Shown: piece after piece, positions 9,034-19,967 of the stretch
How the letters are laid out: each line of letters opens with the position of its first letter
Position numbering within the stretch: the first letter of the stretch is position 1
Assembly (NCBI GenBank): GCA_965203465.1
Contig: CBDBCR010000003.1
Coordinates: 928,263-992,262 of the forward strand
DNA from: Nitrosopumilaceae archaeon
GTDB lineage: Archaea; Thermoproteota; Nitrososphaeria; Nitrososphaerales; Nitrosopumilaceae
Length of the DNA stretch: 64,000 nucleotides
Reading direction: 5' to 3'
The notes under the pieces: generated by a model
What the model was told of the DNA's origin: nothing
Database searches by the model: none
The model's input: only the letters and a program-made list of their open reading frames with translations
Translations under genes and position numbers: made by a program

Positions 9034-10107
9034 TTGATCAACATTGGGATAGACGTGCACAAAAAGATGTGCGTGGCGACAATAAAAGGAAACGGCAAGG
9101 ATATAATAGAACAGACCGAATTCAAGAACAGCAAAAAAGACATAGAGGCGTTCGCGGCACACGTAAAGAAGACGCACGGCAAAAACGCCAGGGCGGTCTG
9201 CGAGGCGACCGGCAATTACTGGATGATACTGCACGACACGCTGGAGGACTGCGGCATCGACACGATCCTAGCTCACCCGGCCAAGACCAAGGCCATAGCC
9301 CAGGCAAAACTAAAGGACGACAAGGTGGACTCGGAGGTGCTCGCGGACTTGCTACTCATGGACATGGTTTACGAGTCGTTCGTGCCTGACGAGCGCTACA
9401 GGAACCTGCGCAACCTGGCCAGAACCCGGCTCGACAGGGTCCGCACGGCGACGGAGCAGAAGAACAAGATAACTGCGCTTCTGGCCAAATACGAGCACAA
9501 GCTTCCCACAAAGACGAAATTCTCAAAGACCAACTTGAAGTGGATGCGAACCGTAAGCGTCTCGCCGGTGGACAGGCTGTCGCTGGACTCGTACCTCGAC
9601 ACGCTGCAGCTGATGCAGAAACAGACGGAAACGCTGGAGCGCGAGATAGCTTCCGAATGCATGGACGACGATAGGGCAAAGCTCGTCATGACGGTCACCG
9701 GAATAGGATACGTTACCGCGCTGACCATAATCGCAGAGATAGTAGACGTAAAGAGATTCAGGACGGCCGAAAAACTCGTCTCGTACGCGGGCCTTTCTCC
9801 GTCCCACCGGAACAGCGGCGAGACCAAGCGCGGCGGCGGCATAACCAAAAAGGGGTCCGTCTGGTTAAGGAACGCCATGGTGGAGGCGGCCAACGTCGCG
9901 GCGCGCTACGACGCTCGAATGTCTTCGACCTACGAGCGGCTGTCGAAAAGGATAGGCAAAAAGAAAGCGAGGGTGGCCATCGCGCGCCGCCTGACGGAGG
10001 TAGTCTGGCACATACTGACCGACATGGCCGAATACCGGACGCAGGACAAGGATCTAGTGCAGCGAAAGTATAAAGCGGCGGCGGCCAAAGCCCGCCCGCC
10101 TGACTGA
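9034..10107 (+). CDS. IS110-family DEDD recombinase/transposase
   Basis: IGIDVHK, CEATG, KDDKVD, GIG, SYAGLSP..NSG; SD AGGAGGTG before TTG 9034. Confidence 0.95.
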   Translation: MINIGIDVHKKMCVATIKGNGKDIIEQTEFKNSKKDIEAFAAHVKKTHGKNARAVCEATGNYWMILHDTLEDCGIDTILAHPAKTKAIAQAKLKDDKVDSEVLADLLLMDMVYESFVPDERYRNLRNLARTRLDRVRTATEQKNKITALLAKYEHKLPTKTKFSKTNLKWMRTVSVSPVDRLSLDSYLDTLQLMQKQTETLEREIASECMDDDRAKLVMTVTGIGYVTALTIIAEIVDVKRFRTAEKLVSYAGLSPSHRNSGETKRGGGITKKGSVWLRNAMVEAANVAARYDARMSSTYERLSKRIGKKKARVAIARRLTEVVWHILTDMAEYRTQDKDLVQRKYKAAAAKARPPD

Positions 10108-10180
10108 GCACACACTCGTTTGCAGTGGCCCGTCAATCCGGGAAGATTTGATATGGGAGAATAGGCAGCTAATCTAAATA

Positions 10181-10741
10181 GTGGCATCGTCAGGATCCCA
10201 CATGAGCCGTCGCGAGAAAGCACCGGTGCAAGATCAGGGGCGCGAAGAAAAGATGATCCGCATGCTCGGCCTTAGAGGGGTTGTCGGACGCCTTGGCCAC
10301 GACGCGGAGGACGATGATGGCCATACATTCGAACTAAAGTCAACAACGAAGAACAGTTTCGGAACCGGCAGAGATGTCTCTATCAACATGATCGGTAGGT
10401 GGAGGACGCGCCACTGGATATTCGCTGTTGGCACCAACTACAGGGATGGTTTTGAGATAGATGCCATGTACCTCTGCACCCCGACCATGATGAAGGAGCA
10501 GTTTGATCTATTTGAAGCGCGGTTTGGGCCCGATCTGACTCTACGCGACACGGTGATCGGATACATCAAAAAGCTCCTGAAAAAGAGTCAAATTGAGCGG
10601 CTCACATACCTCATAGATCGCGGGATGACGTATAACAACCCACACATCAGCCTCAAATACGTCCGAGAACATGGAATAGAACTAGATTTGGCAGATGCCG
10701 CCCAAAGCCTAAAGCGGGCGATGAATCAGCATGCCAACTAA
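10181..10741 (+). CDS. PvuII-like type II restriction endonuclease
   Basis: QD..GL...GR.GHDA.D..G..ELKS, WIFA, NNPHI..KYV.EHG match R.PvuII motifs (GREGNDAVD..ELKS, WIFA, NNPKIPVKYVMEHG) as recalled. Confidence 0.75.
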   Translation: MASSGSHMSRREKAPVQDQGREEKMIRMLGLRGVVGRLGHDAEDDDGHTFELKSTTKNSFGTGRDVSINMIGRWRTRHWIFAVGTNYRDGFEIDAMYLCTPTMMKEQFDLFEARFGPDLTLRDTVIGYIKKLLKKSQIERLTYLIDRGMTYNNPHISLKYVREHGIELDLADAAQSLKRAMNQHAN

Positions 10742-10909
10742 GCGTTTGTCACGAATTTACGAATGCGTGTAATGCATCTGTTGCCCTTGCGCCGGCCTTT
10801 TGGCATTGCCTTTTTGTTCTGCCCGTGCACGATCTCGTGCGTGACGTAGGGAAGATCAGACTCCTGCCGAGGCTGGCTCGATCGGAGACGCCTAGCAGAC
10901 GCAAATTAT

Positions 10910-11376
10910 ATGCGTTTAAATTGAAAAGATAAGAGGCCTGAGAAGGCCGAAAAAGGAAAGTACAGGGCCAATGCGACCCTGTACGAGAGCTCCACGCCCC
11001 GTTGTCTAAAGTCGCCGTTCAACTCTAGGCACAAGTGCCGCAAAAAACACGGAGCGCGCGGAAGCGACGGATCCGGCTCGGACAGGCCGGTGCGACCGGA
11101 CGGCGAGGGTGCAAGAGGTCCGCCGGAGGGGCACACTGGCGTCTCGCACACCAACGTGCCCGTGCTGTGGAGAAAATACGAGATCTAGTGCTGCGCATGC
11201 GGGGCAGAGTTTCAAGACGTGGGCTGCATACACAAGACGGTGTCCAATTTCGACAAGTGCAAAAAGATGGTTACGTTATGGCGGTTCTAGAGACGGGCGG
11301 TGCTCGGACTGCAATAAGCGGGTCGGTGCCCCGTCCCCGTTCCTAGAGGGCACATCGCGGGGGTCAGTGGCGTTCG
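10910..11376 (+). pseudogene. Degenerate IS66 transposase N-terminal remnant
   Basis: Stop-riddled translation with GPPEGHTGVSH and CSDC..PSPFLEGT, paralogous to GPPVGHKGVSH / SPSIRGT in the adjacent IS66. Confidence 0.6.
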
Positions 11377-13301
11377 GTGTAGACTCAGGTCGACTTGGAG
11401 GCCGTGCCTGAGGACGCCGGCACCGGAGGCCGCCGGTGGGGGTTCTGGCGGCGTTTCGGGCCGCCGGGTCATTTTTCAGCACTTCAAAGCTGTATTTTTT
11501 TGACCATACGGGTTTATCGATCTCCGGATCCAGGGCAGGTCCGTGCCGGACTCGGAGACCACGATAGTGCGCAGGGAGCTCGTCAAGGTCGTGCGGGAGA
11601 AAGATCAGCTCGAGAAGGATCACGCCGGGTACAAGGACTACGCGGAAGCGCGGTTTCTGGGGTACGAGCGCGAGATAGCGGAGCTGAAGCTGAACTCGGC
11701 CGCCAACGCCGGACCCTGCCCCCGCTGCGCGGGCGGGCAGGGCAAGGACGCGCAGTCCGAAAGCGACCTGGTGAAGGAACTCAGATGCCAGATAAAAGAG
11801 GCCAACAGAAAGCTGGACATGTACGACAGCCACAACAACCCGAGCGCCAAGGACTACAACCGCAAGCGCGCCGAGTTCCGCAAAAAGCACGGGACGTACG
11901 ACAGGCAGGCCGGAACCGGGCGGATCGGCCCGCCGGTGGGGCACAAGGGGGTCTCGCACGGCCGCAAGGCAGACGAGGTCGCGCGGTACGAGCTGGACGC
12001 GTGCCCCGTGTGCGGAAGCGCCGGGAGCCTGTCGGCCGAGCGCCCGAGCGTAAAGCTTCTGGTGGAATGGGACAAGACGGTCACGATCGTGGCCGCGAGG
12101 GCGTGGTGCTGCAGGTGCAGGACGATGGTGGTGGCCGACTCGCCGTCGATCAGGGGCACGCACATGGGCCCGCGCATGCTCGGAATCGTGGCCGAATACG
12201 CGGCCGAATGCTCCACCGACAGGGCGATATCGCGCTATCTGGAGAGGCTGCACGGCCTGCGCGCCTGCCCCAACTCGGCGCGCTCGGCGCGCATGGCGCT
12301 GACCTCGCTCTTGGAAAAGCTGGCGCTGCTCGTGCGCGACTACATAATCAAGCACGCCGACTACGTGCACCGCGACGAGACGCCCATCATAATCGCCGGC
12401 AAGATCGGGTACGTGTGGCTGGTCTGCTGGGGGCCGGCCGTCTTCATCGTCGTGGCCGGCAGCAGGGCGCGGGCCGTCCTGGACGTCTTTTTTCCGGCAT
12501 GCACGACATCCCGTCCGTCACCGACGAGTACGCCGCGTACGCGTACCTGTCGGTGAGGCAGTCGTGCCTGATCCACATACTGCGCCGCGCCGAGAAATGC
12601 GCCGTGCGGTCCGGCAAGGGGTCGGACTTGATACCGTACCTGCTCCTGCTCGGCATGTACTTTCGCGTAAAGCGCATGGACACCGCGCCCCCCGAGGCCG
12701 TGGCGGAACTGGAGGGGCAGGTGCGGGCGATCGCCGACATGTACGGGGAGGGCCACGAGATAAACACCGCCCTGACCAACTCGCTGCCGACCATGTTTAC
12801 GTTCCTAAAGCACCCGGGCATACCGCCCCACAACAACCGCGCCGAGCAGGAGCTGCACGCCGGGCCGTCCAAGGAGAAGCGGGTGCGGCGGCAGCTGAAG
12901 AACCACAACGGAATGAGGTGCATGTCGGTCCTTTCGACGGTGTTCCGCACTGCCGAGAACCTCGGCGTCTGGCCGTCCACCGTAGTGCGGATGACGGCGC
13001 GCGACCCGGACTGGGACATGTGCGCGCACGCAGACGGCCCCGGCCGCCCCTTGGCTCGCAGGCCCGGCGCCCGGCAGCCTTTTCGGGCGCCGCCGCCTGA
13101 CGCGCATCCGTCCACGGCGCAAACGCGCGCCGCAAACAGGGGCCGTTCTCCGGCCCCGGTCGCAGTTGGGCCGGTCCGCCGCCGGGCGGCGGCCCGGCGC
13201 CGTTTCCCCACGCAGCGGAGCCCGAGCCTGCGCGCGACGGCGCCGCGCATGCCAAACCGGAGCAGCCTAGGCACGCCAGTCAAATCGACCTGAGTCTACA
13301 C
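11377..13301 (+). mobile_element. IS66-like element (single ORF type) with 21-bp IRs
   Basis: GTGTAGACTCAGGTCGACTTG (11377-11397) vs reverse complement of 13281-13301, 20/21; no TSD visible. Confidence 0.85.
11543..13293 (+). pseudogene. IS66 transposase, frameshifted at a T6 run (12488-12493)
   Basis: HRDETP, VTDEYAAY, QSCLIHILR, PPHNNRAE motifs; adding one T joins the frames (DVFFSGMHD). Confidence 0.85.
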
Positions 13302-13649
13302 GCGGAACCTGGGATTCTGCCGTTTCCGGTTCCCGGATCGTGCGCCCGGACTGCTGAGCCGCGGTTGTCGAAGGCCCGTCTCTGATCGGCGGTAGTCACG
13401 GAACTGGCACCGACGGCAAGGCGGCGCCTGTTCACGGCCGCGGTCTCGCATGCCGACTCCATAACACCACTCAGATGTATTTCCCCCCACCCTAGCCTAC
13501 GCCCGAAGTACGAGAGGGAAATTGTTTTGGCGTGGTGTTATAGGATTGGAAACGCCGCCGTGCAGGCTAGACTGTCGGCCGCGTCCGTCCGCATTATGGC
13601 AGTACCGGAGGCATCCCTGCTTTGAGCCACGGCTGGATCATGTGGGATC

Positions 13650-14936
13650 TCACACGGTCGGATCCGATATCTTGCCCATGAACAGTATAAGGCCGCTCTG
13701 CTCGTCGTATATGGCGAACAGGAACGGGCGGTCGGCGTTGAAGTACGACAGGGGCGGGGGCGCTGACTCGCGCAGTGTTATAACCGTGACGGCCGCCGCT
13801 TCCGTCCCTTCTTCGTTCACCTTTACGTACGCGTCGTGCGTTGCCCTATCTACATACAGACTGTCGTTGTCGGAAAGATCGCCCAGATCTGCCCTGGAAG
13901 TGAAAACATCAGACATTCCCAGATCTATGAGGTCTGTCTTTAGGTCATACTTCGTCTTTGTCTCAAACTTTGGCAACGACACTACTACGTCTTGTGGTTC
14001 CAGCATCCCGATATACTCCGACATTTGCTTGGCGGACATTTCGGCCTCCAGTCTTTCTATGCCGCCCGTCTCGCTAGGCAGCACCGTCAGCATGGAGAGC
14101 CGGTCTCCCTCGTACGGCAGCCGGAGAATCTGGGCGCCCTCCGTGTCGGCATAGTCGAAGTTGTTCTTTACGTGCATAAATTCTGCGTCAATGCCATCCT
14201 CGTCTATCCAAAACTTGCCCTCTCTCGTGTCCTCTTTCGGAAACTGGACCAGCCAAGTCCCCTTGAAATAGACGGCGTTGGTGATCACCGCGGCGGTGGA
14301 GCCGTCGACGTCTCTGTCGTCGAGCACCTCTTGGATCTTGCCTCTGGTCTTTTCAGCCGCCCAGTCGTTCACCTTTTTCACGCCCGGCTTTCCTTCCCCC
14401 GCAAAGTCGACCGTCTCAACGGTCGCAAGGTACGTATTGCGCGCGATGTCAAGATACTGCTCGTACGGCTCGAACCAGTCTGCAAGCCACAGCGCGTTGG
14501 CCGTCTCGAGGACCGCGTGCGGGTCTTCGGCGTTTAGCGCGGCCATCATGTTCGCGGAGGCGGAGTGGCGTGCCGCGTCGTCGGGCTCGAACCCGAACAC
14601 GTCGAGCATCTGCCCGGCCGTCTCGCCGCGCGCCCCCTCGTACAGCACGGAAAAGGCCGTATAGACGCTGACCGGCGAGAAAAAGACGTTCTCGTCTGTC
14701 TCGTACACTTTTCTGTAAAAGTCAAAGGCGAATTCGTTGACAGACTCTGCAATCTGCGGGGGCACCTCGGGCGAGTCGAGGGCGGAGGCGTGCAGTATCT
14801 GGACGGGTTCCGGGGGGCCTCTTGCGGGATCCTGCGGGGTTCCTTGCGGCATCATCGCTGGCAACCCTGCCGAACCAAGCGCAAGGACGGCGGCCGACGC
14901 CGCGGCTGCGATCATAGCAGTGTAGATCCGCTTCAT
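13650..14936 (-). CDS. Secreted serpin (serine protease inhibitor)
   Basis: Signal peptide, NVFFSPVS, NAVYFKGTW, LPKF, hinge EEGTEAAAVT, FNADRPFLFAI..LFMGKI.DP. Confidence 0.97.
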   Translation of the reverse strand: MKRIYTAMIAAAASAAVLALGSAGLPAMMPQGTPQDPARGPPEPVQILHASALDSPEVPPQIAESVNEFAFDFYRKVYETDENVFFSPVSVYTAFSVLYEGARGETAGQMLDVFGFEPDDAARHSASANMMAALNAEDPHAVLETANALWLADWFEPYEQYLDIARNTYLATVETVDFAGEGKPGVKKVNDWAAEKTRGKIQEVLDDRDVDGSTAAVITNAVYFKGTWLVQFPKEDTREGKFWIDEDGIDAEFMHVKNNFDYADTEGAQILRLPYEGDRLSMLTVLPSETGGIERLEAEMSAKQMSEYIGMLEPQDVVVSLPKFETKTKYDLKTDLIDLGMSDVFTSRADLGDLSDNDSLYVDRATHDAYVKVNEEGTEAAAVTVITLRESAPPPLSYFNADRPFLFAIYDEQSGLILFMGKISDPTV

Positions 14937-17900
14937 TGGATGACCACGAGGAACGGCTCGCGCTCGGACTCTTTACCGTCCGAGGCGCTTATCCAAAACA
15001 CGTACGTGCCCGCCGGCACGGACGCAGCACTGAGGGTGACAGTCGCGGTGCCGTCGCCGCCGTCTGCCACCGATATGGCAGAGGCGGGGAGCATGTCCGG
15101 AATTGCCGTAACCGTAACCGCGTCGCCGTCCGGATCCGAGACCCTCACGTCCAGGGAAGTCTGCTGTCCGGCGGCAAGCGGTATGCTGCCGGTCACGGCG
15201 GTGCCACTGGAGAGCACCGCGATCTCTGGACCGTCGTTTTCTGCTCCGGCCGGCTGCGCCGCGGATTCGGACGAGCTGGAGCCGGAGTAGACCCGGCCCG
15301 TGGTGAGGCCGCGCGGATCGTCCATGCGGTTGCCGGTCGCGAACACCGACGTGGTTCCCGACGCTATTTTTACGATGTTGTCGTCGTCCTTGTTGGCAAC
15401 GTACAGGACGCCGGCGCCGTCCATGTCCATTCCGTACGGCTCGTCAATGAGCGAGGTTATCTGGCGCACCAGCCGAGAGTTGGTGGGGTTTATCTCGTTG
15501 ACGCGCCCCCTGTCGTCGCCGCTCTGGTACAGGCTGGTGCCGGAGCCGGACATGGCCGTGCCGCACTCTACCCCGGTGGCCCTGTGCGTGTTGGGGGACG
15601 AGCCCGATATGGTCCCCAAATAGGTGCCCGCAGAGGCGGTATAGTACAATATCTTGCCGCCGGACCTGTCGGCCACGTACATGCGGTTGTCGGGGCAGAA
15701 CACCACATCGTACAAGCTGCGGATGGAGGGGGCGCCCGATGTCGACGGGTTGCGCGAGGCGTCCCCAAAGTAGCCCAGCGACGTTCCCGTAGACGAGAAC
15801 CGCTCCACTCCCATGGAGGTCGCCACGTACAGCGTGCTACCGTTCCATACGAGACCGCGCGGGTACCCCTGGGTCGTGGCCCACCCGGAGCTGGTGCTGA
15901 TCGGGGCACCGGTGGATCCGTTGTACTTGCGGATCTTGCTATACGAATCGTCCGACACGTACAGGTGGTTGTCCGGGCCGAACGCCACATCCCACACCTT
16001 GCCGAGGCCGCCCGATCTGGCCGTGACGAACACGCCCTGGTAGGCGCCCGTCTTTGAGAACGCCAAGACCTCGCGGTCGTCGGTATCCGCAAGATACACC
16101 GTGTAGTTGCTAGACGAAGGCGGCGTGGGCGTCGGGGCTGGCGTGGGAGCAGGCGTGGGCGTTGGTGTCGGGGCTGGTGTTGGCATGGGCGCAGGCGTCG
16201 GTGTTGGCGCGGGCGCCGGAGCGGTCGTGCCCTTGGCCGTGGCGGTTATCCTCACGTTGTCTATCTGTATGTCCTCGGCGGTGCTGCTCTGGTGCGAGAC
16301 GAACCTTATCTTGAAGTTGGACACGGTCAGGTACGACGAGAGGTTGTAGGATTCAGAGTGCCACCGGTGGTCGTCCCCCGAACCGTGCGACCAGTTGAAG
16401 ACGGTGTTCCACCGACTGCCGTTGTACAGTTCTACCTTTAGGTACTCGCCGCGATCCAAGCTGGAATCCAAGATCCTCGAGAAGGATAGCGTGGCCGCGG
16501 AGTACGTCGTGAGGTTTATGGGTGTCTTTAGCGTCATCGTGCACGTGTTGTCGCAGTTGTCCGAGCCGAGAACCTTGTTCGTCGACGAGCTGCCCGGCAG
16601 CGTCGGGATGCGCTGCGCCTGCGACGTGGTCGTCCTCCAGTTGCCGTCGCCCGTCTCGATCCACTTCGACAGGTTCGACTCAAAGTCGTCTGAAAACACT
16701 ACAGACGAAGCGGGTGTGGGGGACGTGGTGGATGCGGGCGGTGCCGGCCTGTACGTGGCGTTTATGCTCCACGACTTTAGCACGCCCGTGTCTCCGCCCG
16801 CATAGTCGCCCACCGACAGCGTCCAGTTCCCTTTGATCGATGAATTCAGCATGGTGCCGAACACGCCGGAGTAGGTGGCCTTTATGTTGTCCGCGCCGCT
16901 TCCCTGCCTGTTGTGTAGCGTCACCTGCGTGCCGCTAGCCGAGGTGAGCACCACCTTGAGGTCGCCGCGATAAGAGTGCGTGATGTCAACCGAGACCGAC
17001 AGGGCGGTGATGGTGCCTCTCTCCGTTATCGTTATGGCGTCGGAGACGGACTGTAGGCGCGTGTTGTCTGGGATGGCCGTCCCGGGGCTGGAGGTGGCGC
17101 GGTACGAGGCCGTGGCGGGGCACGAGTTGGATGCGGAGCTGGCGCCGGATGCGCTGGACGAGCCGGATGCGCTGGACGAGCATGTGCTGGGAACGTAGCC
17201 GACGAACATGCGTATGTCCGACCTGGCCGTCGATCCTTTCCAGCTGTGCGCGGCCTCTTCGTCCACGCCGTCGGCCGACAGGGTGACGGATCTTACGGAT
17301 ATCGGGGAAGATAACTGGATCATCCTGACGCCGCTCTCCGGAACGGCCACGGTGTACTTTGTCCCGCCCGTCGTGGTCAGGGACAGGTCCACCCCCTCCA
17401 TGTTTTCGGAACCCACGTACAGCGCAGATACGGAGTAGCTTTGGCCGGAGAACGTCTCGGAGTGACTCGACTGGCTGGCCGTGCGGGGGGTGTGCGTGTC
17501 CCAGCCGCGCACGCTTGCAGAAGTCGCCGCAACGTCTCTGGCGCCGGCCGGAAGCGACTCCGCGGTGAGCGTGATCGTGGCCGCTGTGCCCGAGACGAGC
17601 CCGTCGTGCGGCGTGACCTGGAACGTGTCGGTGCCTGCAAAGTTGTCGTTGGGCGTGTACGTGACCCGCGATATGGTCTTTGTGAGCAGCTCGTCGGTGG
17701 TCACGGTGCCCCTTACCGGATCGCGCGAGACGCGGTACGAGACCGCATCGCCGTCCGAATCGGTCGACGACAGGTGCACCGACACCTCCTGTCCGGGGCT
17801 CACCACCACGGAGCCTGATTGGGCCACCGGCGCGCGGTTTGCGGGCGAGGTGGGCAGCTCGGTGAGCGGGTTGGTGCTCGCCAGGGCGAACGTCTGCACG

Positions 17901-19816
17901 GGCTTGTTGAGCGAGGCCGTGTTGGAGCCGGACACCGTGACGGTGTACGTGCCTGTGACCTTGGGCTTGAAGACTGCAAACTCGGTATTCTGCTTGGACG
18001 AGTTGGCGCTTATGGCGCTCCCGCTGGGCGGCGTGATCGTAAAGTCTAGGTTGGCCACCGGGACTGTCGCCGTGCTCCTCACCTGATCCTCTATGCCGCC
18101 GTGCGGGTGTGCCATCCACGCCAGTATCACCTTTACCTGCTTTGAGGTGTCGGTCACCACGAACCGGTACTGCTTCGATGCCGGACTGGCGACTGCGTCC
18201 AAGTACCCGGAGACCACGTAGGACGTCAGGCTGTGGACGTACTTTAGCGAGTTTGCGGTGTCCAGTATGCCGAACCCAGTGTTGTTGAGTATTCCGAGGG
18301 AGGCCGCGTTGTTTGCTTTGTCAAAGTCCGCAGATTCACTGAACTGCCTAGCGTAGGAACAGTTGTCGGTAGATACGTTGGCCTCGTACTGTACGGAGGT
18401 GCACGGAACGGGCCCCTGCCAGTCGGCGCCCAAGAGCAGGGCCGCCTTGACCTCGGCGGGCGTGAGCTCGGGCTCCAGCTGCAGCATCATGGCCGCTGTG
18501 GCGCTTACCTGCGGCGCAGCGTAACTGGTGCCGCTTCTCGGACTCGTTGCGGAACCGGTCGTGTTGTTTAGCGTGTCTATGTCGTGGGCGGGCGCCACTA
18601 TGTGGGGCACCAACCTGTGTTCGGTACTGCTGACTGGTCCCCTGCTTGAAGCCGTGTACATTTTGATGGTAGATTCTCGGTCGTTTATCCCTCCGACCGT
18701 AATGGAGTTATGCGCACAGCCAGGATTTGTTATCGATGCATAAGAAGGAGAAGCTCCGCTACCATTACCTGCAGATTTTACCACCACCACCCCTTTGTCT
18801 ACGGCCTCGTTTAAGATCAAGTTATGGGTGGTGCTTGGGCTTGAGGCACAACTACCAAAGCCAGCGCTGATGTTGGCTACGTCGGCCCCGTTGACATACG
18901 ACCAATCCAGAGAATGAGCCAAGCTACGTGTAGATGCGGCGCCAAACTGGGCGTCCAACAGCGTCACTCCCGTGGCGATTCCGTTGTCTCTCGGCATCCC
19001 TGACGCGGCGAGCACCTGTGCTACTTGTGTGCCATGCGTTGCAATAGAATTGTTCAAACTAGAAAGTGCAGGCGAAGATAGGTTGGTTCTTCCGGTGATG
19101 CGGCCGTTGACAACCGGGCAGTTGTCGTCAAGGCAGTATATCCGTTCTGTTACTTTGCTGTTCAAGTATACGCTGTTTATGCCTGTATCTACGACGGCTA
19201 CTACCACGCCGGTGCCGTTCGGCGTGCGGCCCACGGCCGTGCGCAGGTCTCCAGATGTAGCGTTTATCGTAGTCCTTGCCTTGTCTACATCGAGCGTGAC
19301 GGGCAGCTCCCCGTCGCCGATCGCGTACACCTCGTCGTGCAGCGAGAAACCAGGCACGTCGGCTACCGGCACGGACGCCGTCACGAACGAGAGCGACTCG
19401 GCGGCCGTTATGTCGCGCGCGCCGAGCAGCTGCAGCCGCTTGACCACGGCGTCCTTGTTTTCCTTTGCTGTTTCGTCCGAGCCCCTGCCGTCGCCGTCGT
19501 CCCTGCTCACCACGATCAGCACGTTGTAGTAGCGCTCGCCGTCATAGACGCCCGGATCCCCGTCTGTCGGAGACTCGGCCATCAGGCCCCTGATCTTGTC
19601 GTAAAACCCCCCGTCGAACTTGTACTCGGCGGCGTCCACGTTGGCCACCGGCCCGGGCGCATCGTCGTCTGGGATCAGGCCGCCTGGAACTGTGGGGGCG
19701 CCGCCGGCCGCACCCGGCCCCCCGAACGGGGCGGCCCCGTCGGAGGACTGCGCGTATATGGCCGCGGCCGGAGCGGCCAGAAAGGCCGCCAAGACGATCG
19801 GTAGCAGCTTGTGCAC
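14933..19816 (-). CDS. Secreted multidomain S8 subtilase (propeptide, S8, PPC-like, Ig-like, P-proprotein, jelly-roll, Pro/Thr linker, NHL-like propeller)
   Basis: VAVVDTG, THGTQVA, SAGNG, SGTSYAAPQV catalytic motifs; ITHSYRGDL..GNWTL P-domain. Confidence 0.95.
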   Translation of the reverse strand: MHKLLPIVLAAFLAAPAAAIYAQSSDGAAPFGGPGAAGGAPTVPGGLIPDDDAPGPVANVDAAEYKFDGGFYDKIRGLMAESPTDGDPGVYDGERYYNVLIVVSRDDGDGRGSDETAKENKDAVVKRLQLLGARDITAAESLSFVTASVPVADVPGFSLHDEVYAIGDGELPVTLDVDKARTTINATSGDLRTAVGRTPNGTGVVVAVVDTGINSVYLNSKVTERIYCLDDNCPVVNGRITGRTNLSSPALSSLNNSIATHGTQVAQVLAASGMPRDNGIATGVTLLDAQFGAASTRSLAHSLDWSYVNGADVANISAGFGSCASSPSTTHNLILNEAVDKGVVVVKSAGNGSGASPSYASITNPGCAHNSITVGGINDRESTIKMYTASSRGPVSSTEHRLVPHIVAPAHDIDTLNNTTGSATSPRSGTSYAAPQVSATAAMMLQLEPELTPAEVKAALLLGADWQGPVPCTSVQYEANVSTDNCSYARQFSESADFDKANNAASLGILNNTGFGILDTANSLKYVHSLTSYVVSGYLDAVASPASKQYRFVVTDTSKQVKVILAWMAHPHGGIEDQVRSTATVPVANLDFTITPPSGSAISANSSKQNTEFAVFKPKVTGTYTVTVSGSNTASLNKPVQTFALASTNPLTELPTSPANRAPVAQSGSVVVSPGQEVSVHLSSTDSDGDAVSYRVSRDPVRGTVTTDELLTKTISRVTYTPNDNFAGTDTFQVTPHDGLVSGTAATITLTAESLPAGARDVAATSASVRGWDTHTPRTASQSSHSETFSGQSYSVSALYVGSENMEGVDLSLTTTGGTKYTVAVPESGVRMIQLSSPISVRSVTLSADGVDEEAAHSWKGSTARSDIRMFVGYVPSTCSSSASGSSSASGASSASNSCPATASYRATSSPGTAIPDNTRLQSVSDAITITERGTITALSVSVDITHSYRGDLKVVLTSASGTQVTLHNRQGSGADNIKATYSGVFGTMLNSSIKGNWTLSVGDYAGGDTGVLKSWSINATYRPAPPASTTSPTPASSVVFSDDFESNLSKWIETGDGNWRTTTSQAQRIPTLPGSSSTNKVLGSDNCDNTCTMTLKTPINLTTYSAATLSFSRILDSSLDRGEYLKVELYNGSRWNTVFNWSHGSGDDHRWHSESYNLSSYLTVSNFKIRFVSHQSSTAEDIQIDNVRITATAKGTTAPAPAPTPTPAPMPTPAPTPTPTPAPTPAPTPTPPSSSNYTVYLADTDDREVLAFSKTGAYQGVFVTARSGGLGKVWDVAFGPDNHLYVSDDSYSKIRKYNGSTGAPISTSSGWATTQGYPRGLVWNGSTLYVATSMGVERFSSTGTSLGYFGDASRNPSTSGAPSIRSLYDVVFCPDNRMYVADRSGGKILYYTASAGTYLGTISGSSPNTHRATGVECGTAMSGSGTSLYQSGDDRGRVNEINPTNSRLVRQITSLIDEPYGMDMDGAGVLYVANKDDDNIVKIASGTTSVFATGNRMDDPRGLTTGRVYSGSSSSESAAQPAGAENDGPEIAVLSSGTAVTGSIPLAAGQQTSLDVRVSDPDGDAVTVTAIPDMLPASAISVADGGDGTATVTLSAASVPAGTYVFWISASDGKESEREPFLVVIQ

Positions 19817-19967
19817 GCCCTCGCCCCCTTCGGCTTCGTTAAAAGAATGCCGGTCGGACGCAGGCTAGTGGCAACAGGCCGTTCCGGACGCAGGCCCGTC
19901 CAGCGCGCCGCGGCCACGCCCGATCCGCGGCGCGGGCGTCTCTTGCCGGATCACGGCGCGCCCGTCG

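Larger units (their letters stand above)
8644..10174 (+). mobile_element. IS110-family element with ATC core and 10-bp subterminal IRs
   Basis: TGCCTATTCT (8650-8659) / AGAATAGGCA (10158-10167); ATC at 8641 and 10172; removing the element restores ATC-TAA as the MTase stop, 3 bp before the next GTG. Confidence 0.8.

Noticed and set aside
10870-10888. AGGCTGGCTCG(G)ATCGGAG also found at ~49155
   Set aside because: A single gapped ~18-bp match in GC-rich DNA; no function can be supported
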